The position numbers were made by a program, and so were the translations under genes. A stretch of 64,000 bases of DNA from the NCBI GenBank assembly GCA_012295275.1, contig CM022675.1:15500001-15564000 (forward strand), given 5' to 3'. How positions within the stretch are numbered: the first letter of the stretch is position 1; each line of letters begins with the position of its first letter. Positions 38,701-59,706 of this stretch are shown in pieces. The notes under the pieces are model-generated. The model saw nothing but the letters and a program-made list of their open reading frames with translations, had not been told where the DNA came from and did not search any database. Source of the stretch: Chrysomallon squamiferum (taxonomy: Eukaryota > Animalia > Mollusca).

Positions 38701-41214
38701 AGTATGTGAAAAAGTCTTTTTCTTTCTCGCTTTTTTCTCCTTTCTTTTTTTTTTTTTTTTTTTTTTATAAGCTTTATCGACCAAATGCAATGATCTAAGT
38801 TCATTAAATTCTAACATCTTCCTTAAAAAGCAAAATAATTGTATGACATTTTGAGGATTTTGTAGAAGAATTAGTAGTAGAAACTTCTAATTGCCATGTG
38901 CTCAATGTGGATTTCACCAGGGGATTTCACGCAGTTCCTGACATGCCTGAAGCCACACATCCTGTTAACCCTTTGTGCCTGACTGTGTAGAACATGTCAT
39001 GCCATTTGGCATCTTTTCATATCCTTCAGACATGTCAGGTGGATTTTGACTCCAAAGATGAGTTTTTGGTCTCAGAGAAGTCTGTACATGTAGAAAATGT
39101 ACATTGCAGCAATCATCTGTGCAGGTATGTATTTTTTAAATCTATATTGTGGCTAATCAAAAAAAAATTACACCTCTGAAAACTTTATATGCTTTAGTTA
39201 ACATGCGGGAGATTAAATTTCAAGAAAGGTCATCTCAAGGTCACCTGATCCACACGGTCAATTTCAAGGTCATAACAAAAGTCAAAAGGTCAGTGTACCC
39301 CAACTTTCTCCAAACTGAACAATAGTGGTAGATTTGGAAACCGTGTCATATTGCCTTTTCAACAATAACAATTATGACTTTAGCTTTAGTCATTTTTATT
39401 TCTTTTGTATTCTTATTTTACTACTGTTTTTAATATTCTTTGATCATTCATAATAAATAAAATTATGTAAACAAGTGTTTACACAATTTATTCACTTCTT
39501 ACTATAGTTCAGTACAAACTTTATGCAGTTTTCGTAGTATTCAATCATCTTGTTCATTTACCTTGGAATTCTCTAAAATGGAAGGTTACAACACTGTGCC
39601 ATTTAAAACTGCAATAAACAGTGTTCATATTTCTAATTTCTTTAAATTATGTTAAATCATTCTGTAAATAAAAATACATGAATTACATTTAATTATTATA
39701 CTTAGAATAAGCTGTGTAGTAACAGTTGCTTTACTTACAACAACTTGACTAGTAGCAATTACTAAAGTATCACATTATGTATAACTAATCCAATCAACTT
39801 TTATTTTAAAATATTGTTATTTTTCAAAAAAACTAAACTTTTACTCACCCACCATTTCAGCAGTATTTAATTAGGTAGACTGGTTTATTTACATGTCAAA
39901 CATTACACAGTTGTTGTATATGTAAGCTATTTATAAATAGAAACTGTGAAGGTACTAAGTAATATTAAATGAAATATACTAAATACAAATAAAATATCTG
40001 TAATGTTAATAAAACAGAGATGAACAAATCAATTAACAATCTTAACCTTTCAACAACAACAAAAATAATAATAATTTTAAATAAAATAAAAATCCTATTA
40101 TCACCAACTGTTAAAAACTGCTTACCATTTCTACACTTGGGCAAAATCTCCTCTGTCAGAAATAAAATGATATGATCAATTTGCATGAACTGATTTAACT
40201 CAAACTCTCTTATTATAATTTAGTCAAAATTAGGTGGCCACTAAAGTGGACATTATGTCATAAACATGTATTTCATTAATTTTTCAAATATGTTTTTGGA
40301 AAATATTATTTACCTGATAGTTTTACTTTTATTATTTTGTGTAGTAGCAGACACTGCTGAAGTATCATTTTATGCATATTTAATCAAAAATCAATATATA
40401 TTTAAGATTTCAATTTTTTTTAACTTCTCTTGAACCTTTTTTAATGTTTTTCTTGCAACGTTTTTATTTTTACAATATTAAACATACAACATATTTTATT
40501 TTCTCTGTGAATTTCATTATTCTAAGTAGTGATAAACTGATGTATTCTAAGTAGCGACAAATTGATGAATTATTATTTGCTGTATATAATTTTATTTCAG
40601 TTATGTTTCATGTTTTATAGAACTACTGTAATTTCTCAAATCTTCACAACATTTCTGTCAGTTGTCTTCTTCCTCCATTCAAACAAAAATGAGTTGACAC
40701 ATTCCATCTAGTCTAGACATATCAGTGTCTGTGACTGTTGTGAATGTCTGAGAAAACATGGAATAATTTATCATAATCATCATTATTATTATTAGTAGTA
40801 GTATTATTATTACTGTTATTGTTATTATTATTATTATTATTAACTGTTACATAAACAGTAAAATAAATACATGATAGACAGACAGTATATAACAAACAAT
40901 ATTCTTAACGTAATCTCAACAGATGAATCTGTGTTTCCTGGCAACAGCTCTCGTCAGTGTTAGATGATGCTGTCTTTATGGCATACTGACATACTTACTT
41001 TGTAAATGTTACTTCATATAACTAAAAACCTTGACACTAACCTTATTATAAGTAATGTCCACCCTCACACCTCCCCCTCTGTGTCACAGCAGTTCATTAG
41101 GTAGGCTGGTACTTGAGTCTGTTCTGTTTGCTGAATGGTTTTTATAACAGAATAGACTTTACATAAAACATACGATGTCTTGTACACAAGTCACTTTTTT
41201 TTAATCTTTATTCT

Positions 41215-43245
41215 ATTTTTAATTTCATTGCCAGTATTAAATTAATTAGTTTTATTTCCTATCACAGAAGCCATTTAATGATCTGTAATAAATATTGAGA
41301 TATTATAAGTTTCAAAATTGTGCCAATATTTACATTAACAGAGCATGTTAAAAAATCTGAACTGAAGATTATAGATATAGTAAGATAATAGATGATAATA
41401 ATTTGTTGATTTTGTATTTTGTTTTTAGGTCATAATTATACTAAGTTAATTATATTGTTTTTTATATAATAATTATATCAGATTGATTATACTGTTGTTA
41501 TATAGTAATTATATCATAGTACATGTATTGTTTTTATGTAATAATTATATCAAATTAAATTTGTTTGTAATAATTAAACATTTATTGTTTTTATGCAGTA
41601 ATTATATCAGAACATAATATATATGGTACTATAATAATTATATCAGAGTACATATGTACTTTTCTGTTACCAGTTACCTGTACATGATTTGTTTAAGATG
41701 CATTTTAGAACAATGAGTGATTTAGAGAGTAGTTAATGTAAAGATTAGTAATTTTCTTTTCTTTATACAAAATTACAGTTAGTTTTATTTGCTATCACCA
41801 AATTCTTTTCATCATCTGTAATGAATATTGTAGATAATATTAATATTGAAATTGTGTCACAAAACATTAACAAAGCCTATTAAAAAATGTCAACTGAAGA
41901 TTAAGCTATGGTGGTAATTTGGGTATAATTAGAGAGAATATCCGTGATCACTTTTTCATAATTAATATTTGTTTATTTTGTCACTAAAATCTCTTCATAT
42001 CCATTACAGTCAGTAGTGCTTGTTGTGACAGATCAGTATCAGTGTTTTAGAAGTGAGCTATAGACAGCTATATACAACATATCAAAATTAAATCATTTTC
42101 TTTCAGTTATTATTATTATTATTTATCTATTTATTTATTTATTTATAAATTTAAGTTATATATAGAAAAGTCATGACAGACTGAGTATCCATGTATCATT
42201 GATCACACATTCGTTTTTCTTTCTTGTTCTATGACTTCTCAGAACGAGTGGTGGGGGGGGTTGTTTTCCCCATTCCACTTTGTTTCATTTTACTATTATA
42301 AAAAATGAAAATACATGTTTAATAACATTCTATAACAAGTTTATAAATATATGAAACTTTATATTTTTGAATTTTTACAAATGTTATTTTTCCAATCAGT
42401 TTTTTAATACTGAAGATTTTTTATTTTAAGCAATTTACCCTAAGCTTAACATTACTGTTCTTTTCTTCTTCTTCTTTTTTTCTTTTTTTTTTTTAAATGG
42501 TATTGCATTCATATTTTGTACCTTTATTTTGCTGCAAAACTCAAAATAATTAAAATCTTCATATTAATTTCTCATTTGTTTGTTTTAATTAGTTTAAAAC
42601 TAAATTTTACTCCCTTCAATCGTTGGCATATTTGAAGTGATAGTTAGGGAGGGTTGTCCGCACTGCAAACACTCACTTCATGACAGCTTCAGAATGCATG
42701 TACTTTTTATTAACATTTTTTAAAAGTTATTTTTACATAATCTTCCCCTACAAAAGACACAAATAACATGTCCTTTTATATATCTGTAAAAAAAAAAATT
42801 ATATGTGTAAATTATTATAAGAATTATTTTGAATTTGCTAGTTTGATAAATGAAAAAAACAAAAACAAATATTTTACTAATATTTACATATATTGTAATT
42901 AAATATGTGTATATTTGTTTGTGTGTTGCAGAGAGAGGATGGTTAAATACATGAGTGAGTGAAAGAGAATGTGTATGGGTTTATGTGTTAGAGAGAAAAG
43001 ATGGGTAAATACATGTGTGAGTGAAAGAGAATGTGTATGGGTTTGTGTGTTAGAGAGAAAAGATGAGTGTATACATGTGTGAGTGAAAGACAGGGTACAT
43101 GTGAATGGGTGTACGGGTGTGTGTTAGGTTGAATACATAACAGAGTGTGAAAGGGGGTGTAAAAGGTGGTTGAGATGTTTGTGGAGATGAGTTAAAGTGA
43201 TAATTAAATAATGTAAGATAATTTCTTTTCTTTCAAAAAATACTT
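41215..43245 (+). repeat. Copy of the composite AT-rich + GT-rich block
   Basis: Matches 1045-3900 piecewise and 17640-17825 at its 3' end. Confidence 0.85.
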
Positions 43246-44410
43246 AAGTGTACTTTAAGTTGTCTTAGAAATTACGTTTATTCTGACATGTAAGTACAAT
43301 ATAAGTCGAAAAGAAAATAATCGATTTTTATGTTCCTCTTTTGTAAGCAGTTAATAATAGGTTTCTTATTACATTAGGTGTTTTAAATTATTAAAATTCT
43401 AATGGAACTCAATAAATAATCAGTAGACAATAATTATATAAAAAAGATGATGATGACATTGCCGACGATGTTAGTGATAATCGTGATAATGACTTAAAAT
43501 AATTACAAAAACAAAAATTACAACGACGACAAAAATAACAACAACAATAATAATGATAATGCCTATGACAATGATGATGATAATAATGATAAAGACGATG
43601 ATAATAATAATGATAATGATAATGACGACAAAGATGATGACAATTATAATGATAATGATGATGAAGAATATGATAATGACTATGATGGTGATGAGATTGT
43701 TTTTGCGCTGACAGAGGTACTTGGTTCTGCAGAATAATGACTCAGCGAAGTCAACAATCTGGAACTGCTACATTCTGTGCTAATCTTGCTATAAATTCTA
43801 CTACCGCCTGCAAATCAATTTGTTAATGTAATATGACTTTATTATTTGTTCAGTATTAATTGTACTTTAAGTATAAGGGTGTTCTGTTAAAAATAAAACT
43901 AATTCTGATAACAAAGTAACACACACACACAGTAATGAGAACTGATCTTGTTAAACACTCTTTTTTGATCAGTCTATAGGTAATGAATCTCCCTCTCTCT
44001 CAAGATAAACTCGTAAACTCTTCGAAATATACAAATATACTCTAAAGAAGATAGATCCTGCAAACATCCATGCCCCAGTTCGTACACTCTACACGAGAAC
44101 TAAATCGTAGAAAATAATGTTCTAAGGAGAGTCAATGTCAAACCTCGCTTCGGTCACCACTGTTGGTCAATCTACGAAAAAAAAAAAAAAAAAAAAACAG
44201 TTAAACTCTAGTAACCTAAAATTAGCATCTGAAAGAGAAACAATCAAGGCATTTATTTATTTAAAACTGTGTTGTGTTTTCCTTATTAATCTGAGCTGGA
44301 ATGTCATAGAGATGATGAGTTAATTTAAATGGCTCTTCAAACTAATGATGATAAGCTACTCACAAAATTCGATATGTGAAAAGACAAATTCTGGAATGCT
44401 TTTTAGTCAT
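43245..44410 (+). pseudogene. Broken duplicate of intron 3, last exon and 3' flank of the EGF-ShKT gene
   Basis: 43245-43910 ~ 34205-34880 and 44115-44410 ~ 35015-35255. The exon copy (43704-43830) lacks its AG acceptor and first ~12 nt and has an altered 3' part. Confidence 0.85.
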
Positions 44411-47400
44411 AAACATTCTGGGTATTACTTAATTATGAACAGGAATATCACTCTTTGACTGAGATATAGGGTGAATATAAAAACATAACTGATATCTCAG
44501 TTGTTTAAATGACACCATCGGATACTAATGTAAAGTAAGAAATTTCTTGGTGGTTTTATAAGGAAAAATGGGGCTCGGCTTTTGGGGGACAATTATTAAT
44601 GAAATAAGAAAAGAAATAAACATTTTTCTCTTTTTGGGGCACTCTTTCAAAAGTTGTCGTAATATATTGTCTGGCTACACAAACTGCAGATACTACAGAC
44701 AGGAAAACTTCTCTACATATATTTGTAGTCTTCGCATATTTCTATATATAACACATTCAGAGTGATGAAGTAGTAGCAGTAGTGGTTACCTGACATATTA
44801 GTGGTCTTCCTATACCTGTTTAGGTAAAACGACCAATTATAACAAATATTGAATGATATTTTGGTAAATTACCCATGTTAATCGTTTGCTTCTGAGCAAG
44901 CCTCTCGGAGAAATCTATTAAATGAAACAAATATATGTTCTTCATGCATATCAGAGAATGTTGACTGAAAGTAATCATGATCAAGAAAAAGGTGAAAAAG
45001 AAGGAAAATCCTGGAGCATACATAAGATTTAAGTTCTAGCATAAAGTGTTAATGATAAATTGAAGATGTTTCCCATATCTGGATTGTACGCTATAGACAT
45101 CCGATATTTACTGAGATAACTTTTAATAAGTGTAATATTTTTATAAATATTTATATTTCTCAACCGAAATCTCAAAGATCTGATGATGAGGCAACTTTTT
45201 TCTTTGATAAAGAACTTCAGTAAAACGTAAACAAAACGGAGGCTCTTAATGAAAACCAATTGTTTGCTTGGTGTCCTGTGAGTTTGTAGTAATAAAATAA
45301 TAAAAAATAAAAATAATAATTAAGTATGATTAAATATGTATGTGAAAGAACAATATTTTGCTTCGTAAATTTATCTCTATGGCTTATATCTTTTGCCTGT
45401 TTTGGGGTAAATAAAATTTAATTCCTAGACATTTTTTTAAAATAAAGTAAGTAAATACCTTTATCACTTAGGTAACTATGTTCTTCTCCAGGATTATGTT
45501 CAGCTGTGGTATTAATATTTCTTTATTATGTTGAAAATTCATGGTGGTAAATTAACTGACATAAAATCAGACACATTTCAGCATAATTTAAAAAACCATA
45601 AACATAATATTTTAGAAGTAAATCGCTGCCAGTTATATATTTTGTTTTTTGTAATTACAATAAATTACAGTGATATATATATATTTGTTTTCTGTAATTA
45701 CAATAAATTACAGTGATATATATATTTTGTTTTCTGTAATTACAATAAATTACAGTGATATATATATTTTTTTTTTTTCTATATTTAGTTCTGATCACTC
45801 AGAAAGTTTCTGTTAATGTTAAATTCCTGTCAATTTACGTTCATATTATATTTTGGATAATATGGATGTCTGATCAAAGGTCGCAACTGCCTGAAAAATT
45901 CACATTTCAAATTTGAATCACATCTCTGCAGAAAATAAATAAATTAATTAATTAATGAAGAACAGAAATCCTTAAAGTCCATTATATTTTTTAAAATTCG
46001 ACTTTCAAATTTTGCTCGTTTTCTATCTGTCAGTGTGGGAAGTAATTTTAATGTATTTTATATATATACTGTTGTCTCAACGTATTTAATTATATATATA
46101 ATTAAAACACATGCACAAACACACACCTTTTTCGCTTAACCTCATCGCCAAGAAGTTATGATGTTATTATTACGTTATTATATAAAATTATATTATGGCA
46201 ACGTATAATAAATAATAAATAATAATGACTACATCGCAGTATTACCGGGATCTTACCTAGATATCGGTAACCGACTCCAAATTCAGTCACCTTGTCAACC
46301 GAGATGAAACTCATAATGGACATACTCTAATTATCAAAAAAGTTATCCTAACGGTCTATATATTAGATGTCTCTGTACAGGTTAGGCTAGTACGAGAGTT
46401 GACTTTGTTCTAGAGGTAATCAGAGATAAGATAATTAAATTAGTACTAGAATAAAAACAAAACACACATTTGAATCTGTATTAGCACTAGCGCTGACAAA
46501 CTACTACTGTAATAACATTTAATTGTGTTTTTTTCTATTAATATTAAATCCACATAGACCTACAACTAAAGTCGTGCTTTAACGTATTAGAAAAGTGAAA
46601 CTTAGCAAAATTAACGGAGACAATTGCTATAAAAAATTGCTATATCACATTATTACAAATATTTTTGAAACAACAATCTGTTTACAGTAGTAAATATGTA
46701 GTCCATCGGAAATTTAAAGTTGTTTATTGGACAAACATCCTTCCCGGCAATACTAGCAGTCTCTCCCTAACAGTGTCAAAGAGAGGACAGGTCAGGATAC
46801 TGCGTATTGAACAGGATACTGTGTATTGAACAGGAGACTGTGTATTGAACACGGACACATACAGATTATCATTTCAGCTAACACGAAGGTTGTTTAATAA
46901 ACAATGGTCAGACAGGTCTGATACATAAACACCCTGTTCAGCAAAACTCCCGCTGTTTCAGTGGAATACACTACTGCCAGGTGACATTAGGTAATCTGAC
47001 TGATCATTATCGTCACACGTAACTCTAATATAATATTATGTTGATATTGTACGTAGGACTTTTTGGCCATTTTTATCTTTTTTTTTTTTTTTTTTCAAGT
47101 GATTCAGTGAAGTTAGGCAGCTTCATTTTTAAACAGCAGTTAAGCAGTGACTAACATGTAGAAACTGCAATTTCAGTAAACAGAGACAAATTCAAATCCA
47201 GTTAACTACACGAATGATTCTACTAGGAAATGTTATAATTGTTTTAATAACAGAGACGTCGTTTGCAGCAGTGAATTGCAATTAGAGCAAGAAAAAAAAA
47301 TTCACATCAATTTAACAATACTAGCTAGTGTACTGTGAAACACTGCTCATCTGACTATTTTTGTATTGACATTTGAAAAGAAAAAAAAAAGTGTTCTGTC

Positions 47401-49488
47401 TTCACTTGAATAAACGACTGGTCAGTGATGTAAACAAATAATAAAAATTGTTTTATTTACTGTTGTATTCTATTAATGTTTTTCATTACCACGCAGTAAA
47501 TTTATATATTGAATGGTGGTTTCGATCAATAAAAAAATACGTAAAGAAAAACAATGTATTTTACTCTCCTGATAAAAGTCAGATAACAGCGAGTACAAAA
47601 TTAACTGTCAAGCTGTCTCATGTCCGACTCCTCAGCAGGTTGTAGAATCGTACATTCTTTGAGGCAGTTTTACACTCACCATATTACTTTACTAAATGTT
47701 CTACTACTACTACTACTACTAATAATAATAATAATAATGATAATAATAATAATAAAGAATAAAAGAACATTTAAGAAAAAAAAAGGATAGAGAAAATGTG
47801 AAATAAGAAAACATAGGAAGACCTGAGAAAAAGGAGGGAAAAAAACAACTACAAACCACGTGATCCTGGTTCAGTTGTTAATACAAACGCAATTTGTACA
47901 AGTAGCTTCTGACAGTCCAGTGGGCATACTGTAAGACAAATAGTATAAAACTGGACGGCAAATTTTCTGAATTATAAATAATATATTAAATGGAGAAGCC
48001 GCAGTACGTGGATATTTGTTTGAATAATTTTAACATAGCGGATCCGGGCATACATTTTACAGGGAGGAGGAAGAACCCAAAGAATTTGAAATTAGAAATT
48101 ATCTTTGATATTTCATTGCACAAGCTGCTTTACAGTTCCGCAAGCATACACGAACTTAATTAATATAGCCGCTTTATATTTAATTTGAATAAAGTTTATC
48201 TCATCTGTTTTTACATGTTTAAGATGTTTTTCTTTGTCCTATTTGTCAGTTGTAGGTTCTGTATTCAACTCTGTGGATTTTACAGTCAATGAGTTGACCC
48301 CGGGCATCACCAAGGTCAACATGCCACAGCGCCAAAGGGCTGGTTTCAGTGAATTTTGTTGTTGTTTTTTTCTTTTTCTTTCTGTATACCAACTTAGAAG
48401 GTAAAGCAAAGTACAAGAAAATAAAATACTAGTTCAGAGTAAGTAAACAATTGTGTTTGCTTTAATTCAGTTTCTTCTTGTACCTATTACAACTTTTTTG
48501 CTTACTACAAATGAATGTTTATATCAGTGAGTAGTGTTTTAGTAATTTGTCGTATGTGCTTTTGCTAAATGTTGGGACAATACATTTTTGAGCTGATCAA
48601 ATTTGTTTTACTTTCCTGATAAACGCAAGATAAAACAGTGGAGAAAGTTAATAGGTTTTCTTGGTTAGTAATTTTGAAGATGACCAACGTGAAGCCTCAC
48701 AGGAGGTGATAACATCGCAGTTTTGTACCCATCACGTTTTATCACTAAACTTATAGAACACATTTCTGAATTATGGTAAGTGATAACAGATCCTCTCAGT
48801 AGAAAAACATTAGTTTACCCAAGACAAGCTGAATGATCTCGACTGTAGAAAAAATATATACACATGCAGATATCTCATTTTATACGCCACATCGTAATTT
48901 CCCACCATCTTTTAGTTTCTCACAATTTATCTGTTTCCCTCGTTTTTTTCCATTCTCGTAATATTCATTAATACAATGTCATTACTTGTTTTAACATACA
49001 ATTAAATATCTAGCCTTATATGTGACAGTACTGATAATACTGGTGTCAGATGATAGTCACTCTGTTAGTTTGCTGTTTGTTGTAATCAGTGAACTGATAC
49101 TTCACACTATTGTTACGAATGTGCCGAATCTTCCAAGACACGAAAGTAAACACGTCCAGATGGCCAAACAACAACAGCAAGTGTCCCATAAAAACTATTA
49201 TTAAAATTAATATAATTAAATCATACAATTGTATTCCTCTCTTTTTGTCGGATTAGTACCATTGTGCGTACATCCCATTTTGCCTAGAGCTTATAACAAC
49301 ATAATTAGGGTCCGTAACTGGGGATTAATTGCTTGAGTGATTATTACGTTCACCTGCCTATATGTAACAGTCCAATACTGAAGACTGTTAAATATTATGC
49401 GTGATACATGATTAAAGATATCTCTTGTAATGTTTGTAACTTTATGTGTAGATTACGTAAACTTTTGAATGTTTGTGTTTGTCTGTAT

Positions 49489-49688
49489 NNNNNNNNNNNN
49501 NNNNNNNNNNNNNNNNNNNNNNNNNNNNNNNNNNNNNNNNNNNNNNNNNNNNNNNNNNNNNNNNNNNNNNNNNNNNNNNNNNNNNNNNNNNNNNNNNNNN
49601 NNNNNNNNNNNNNNNNNNNNNNNNNNNNNNNNNNNNNNNNNNNNNNNNNNNNNNNNNNNNNNNNNNNNNNNNNNNNNNNNNNNNNNNN
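49489..49688. other. Assembly gap (200 N)
   Basis: Run of N; the round size suggests a scaffolding gap of unknown true length. Confidence 0.99.
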
Positions 49689-49865
49689 TTGTGAGGCTGC
49701 TAGCTGTCTGGTGTTTAGTTGACAAGTTTTGTGAGGTGACCTGTATCCTTTAGTTTTCTATTATTATCTACTTCCTGGTCGGTTTAAGCAAACATCTTTT
49801 TAGGCATCGTCTTGTGTAAGAATTTTCGTAAATTATAGTAAACCGAAGAAAACAAAAAATAAATA

Positions 49866-55724
<5,859 letters not shown>

Positions 55725-55970
55725 GAACTGTATAACCATCTTAACCAACCTGACAGTGACCGCTACGACATCGCTGATACCGTTACTTCCGATTTACCAC
55801 ACCCCAGTCTGTATAGACATACTGCCTCGTCTAACAATCAAATTCCTACTAGGAAATCAGAAATCTCTGATAACGTCCACGACGATTCCGACAACAACGA
55901 CAACGTTTCTGAAGGCAGTGAGCATTTTTATTTTGTTCTGGAAAATTCTGATTTAAAAGAATCTCAGTAG
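55725..55970 (+). other. In-frame continuation (81 codons) of the receptor tail beyond TAA 55722-55724
   Basis: ELYNHLNQPDSDRYDIADT...HFYFVLENSDLKESQ* continues the same repeat motifs in the same frame. Confidence 0.8.
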
Positions 55971-56069
55971 TAACTCTATCGATATTTTGATGCAAAATTT
56001 GTCCTCTGCTATGAAGAGTTTTTTATAATCCATCTTAACAGTGTCTCGTACCACTTTTGATGATCATGA

Positions 56070-56113
<44 letters not shown>

Positions 56114-56808
56114 TATGTATTAACAGTGCCTCATATCATTTTTATTTTTAATATTTAATGTTATGTTTTGAGATTTTATTACTGATTGATTTATTTTGAT
56201 GTTGTTGTTGTTGTAAACACTATGTTAATAGGTTAATACCGTATTTTAGTGTTTGCATATTTGTATTATTAGTTTTACCTTTGTATTTTGTATCTGAGTT
56301 TATGTCAATATCTAAATGAACTTTTCGTCAATGTGATTTATTTTTTACCTTATTTCTGTGACACGTGAAATCTGTTCTTACACTAAGATTTTAAGTATTA
56401 ATCTGAACTGATGTAAAATTTTGTCTCTTGAAGGAATCCTCGCTAGTTTTGTCTCGTGTCAACTCTTTTTCTTCTTTTTTCGTTTTCCTTTCGTTCTTCT
56501 TTCTTGTTTGTTATTATGATTATTTATTATTATTATTCTTTTCTTTTTCTTTCTTTGTTTTTACTTATTTTATTTTATTTATTATTATTATTATTATTTT
56601 TATTATTATTAGAACAGATTAAGAGTACTTTATTCGAAATTCCGTAATCCGAAATTCGATATTGTTTTATGTTACAGTTTTCCGTTAGATGTAGCCATCA
56701 CAAACTTTACTTCATGCACAAACTTATTATAAATATTATCATACCCGAAGACTGTCTGTATATTTATGTATGTAAGTATGTAAGTATGTATGTATGTATG
56801 TATGTATG

Positions 56809-56858
<50 letters not shown>

Positions 56859-57339
56859 TATAGATATAGGTAGATGTATGTATGTGTATGTATGTAGGTG
56901 AATGTTCCTGTGTGTTTGATTACATATTTATATATAGTGAAATATTTGAGAAAAGCATATATTTTTGTATTACATTACTTTATATTATATTATATACTGA
57001 ATCTATATAATCAACTAAGGATATTTTAATATTTTATTTTAATAATTTTTTCATATTCATTTTGCATTTTCTGTTTTGTACTCGAAGTCTGTTTTATACT
57101 AAGATTATTGCTATTGATCTAACTTTATTCTGAAACAGAAAACCTCGCTACTATTCAAATGGATTATCCGGTATATTAATATATATCCACTTTCGAACGA
57201 TTGTTTTATTTTCTGTTTCAAGTGCTATTTGAATAAAAAAAAATGGATAAATGGAAAATTTGAAGTCTTATGTTTGTGTTTGTTGCACGAATGTTACTTT
57301 GTAGTGTGAAAATGAACGGGTTTAATCTCGGTTGAAGGT

Positions 57340-57930
57340 ACACTAGGATAGCGGCCATTTTGTTATGTTTCTCAGAACGTGTATCACTAACATCGTTCAT
57401 ACACTACTTGTTACGTTCACGAGGTTTTGTCTACCAGTTTTCTTTATAGAAAAAACCTGGACCAAACAAAAATCAAACGTCTTAGCTTTATCTGTTTGTC
57501 TTGTATAAAACGTTTTGTCCAGTATAAAAGGTTTTGTCACACAAAAGTAGTAGAAAAACTTTGATTAAAAATTTCCTTTGAGTCTCTTAACTATTTTCGA
57601 GCATCAGACCCCTTTCGAAAATACGTCAGTGTAAAGGGTAATTTATCTTCTTTTAAAGAAAAAACAACTTTAGAACTGAAGATGAAAACAACTACACGAC
57701 CAACTGGTCGAGCTTGTGACGTCATGTTACGTGTACAATGTGTGACTGTGCGTCCTCTTGGTTGACGTCATCAAAGATATTTAAACACGTCACTTCTAGA
57801 AAACATGTTAGTCACAGACTGTGTGTTGGAGGACTTCAGTACAAAATCTGTGAAGGTTTTGAGAAATTTATTTATTTCTGATTCTCGAAAAAGAGAAAAA
57901 TCTACGTGATTTCAGTTTCTCAACTGTTGT
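57340..57930. promoter_or_regulatory. CpG-richer motif cluster, possible promoter
   Basis: YY1-like GCGGCCATTTTG ~57350-57362, two perfect TGACGTCA (57717-57724, 57763-57770), TTTCAGTTTC ~57910. No linked CDS identified. Confidence 0.3.
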
Positions 57931-58400
57931 TGTAAGCGAAACTGGTGCGGGGATGGGAATGTTTCACATTTTAGAAATTGATTTTCAAGAACCGAGATTT
58001 ACTACAACTTTGTTTGTTTGTTGTTGTTGTTGTTTTCAGAAAATAAATTCAGGTCCAAACATTTCAAGCTCTACTAACAACCTCCAGTCAGTGAAGCCAG
58101 TCTTGGAGAGTGGCGAGCTCTCTAAACGAGAGAAACAAAACTGAAACTTAGAATAATGTAATATATTAATTTTATTTTAACTGTTTATGTGAGAATTATT
58201 CTTGATATCTCACGATTTGGGCAGCATTGCATCTGAGACTTGACAGACTGGGTCTATCAGTAAAAAGACTCTGAAGTTTCAGTTAATTGCTTTTTATAAT
58301 TATTATTAACATTAATATATGGGCAAATTTTCTCTATTTAAAATTGTAAGGAATTTTCTTAATTCTTATAAGTGGATATCAGTAATAATTACAATAATCA

Positions 58401-58444
<44 letters not shown>

Positions 58445-59336
58445 TTAATGGGGTGGAATGCAAGCTTCCCATTGTGCCGTGGACGTTTGTAAATATTGAT
58501 TTTTATTTGATTATTAACAAAGGTTGGGCCCCACTATTAATACAATTACTTTGATATTTACAAAACAGAATTAGGCAATATCGACGTGCTCGCTAAATGT
58601 ATTTTGGATTTTAGTTCAAATCATCAAAATAATTTTTTTTTTTTTTTTTTTTTCAATACGGACTCAGTTCCACACATTTTGTGGTTCATTTGCGCGAATT
58701 CTTCATGCAGAACAAAGCCAAATACACGCAAGTCACAGATCCTGTTGAACTGAAGCGTCACCAGCACAACCAGCAGGTAACCAGCAATGTACGGAAGTAG
58801 CTATGAATTGTGGGAATGCTGCTAATTTCTTACTGTTTGATGACTGATAATGACACTGCTGCTTGTGTTATTCCTCCTTTTTCCTTCACCCCTCCTGGGA
58901 AAAGAAATAACACTTCCATATAAATGTAGCTAAGCATATATCTCACCATACACATGTTCAGATATACCCACATATATGAAGATGCACATACACAGACGCA
59001 CACACAAACATACGTGTACGTACTTACACACATACAGATATACAGAGAACAGTAGTTTCCAGATCATACTTTGACCTCTCCAGTCACTAGATTAATTAGA
59101 TATTTATTATTATTATTTTAATAAGCGGAAACTAGCAGTTGTTTTAAAAACATGTTTTCCTACATCTTTTCAAAATACTTTATATAATTGTTTTTAGTTC
59201 ACGAGTTTCAGGTATCTTTACGTGAAAAATGATGAAATATCTCCATCCACTATGCATGATGCCAGTACAATTTGAAAATGTCTTAAAATAATTTTTTCTA
59301 GTTTTGGTTTTGTTTTGAGGTTGCAAATTGTTTCCA

Positions 59337-59405
<69 letters not shown>

Positions 59406-59616
59406 TATTATTATTATTATCTTTTGTTCAGTATTAGTTTTCGTTTTCTTTCTTTTTTTGGGGGGATATACAATGTCACTTTTTATTTCTGGTAAAAAAA
59501 TGAATGTGTATTTTAAATTGGAAATCAGTTTAAAAGAGGGAAATCATTGAATGCATAGTGTGTTGTTGTTCAATCAGAAAACTGTTATTGTTCTTGTAAT
59601 TCTTCTTCTTCTTCTT

Positions 59617-59706
<90 letters not shown>

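Noticed and set aside
49408-49753. ORFs containing X runs
   Set aside because: Artefacts of the N gap.
57953-58144. Exon-like segment after TTTTCAG (58041-58144)
   Set aside because: No partner exon or recognisable protein; left unannotated.
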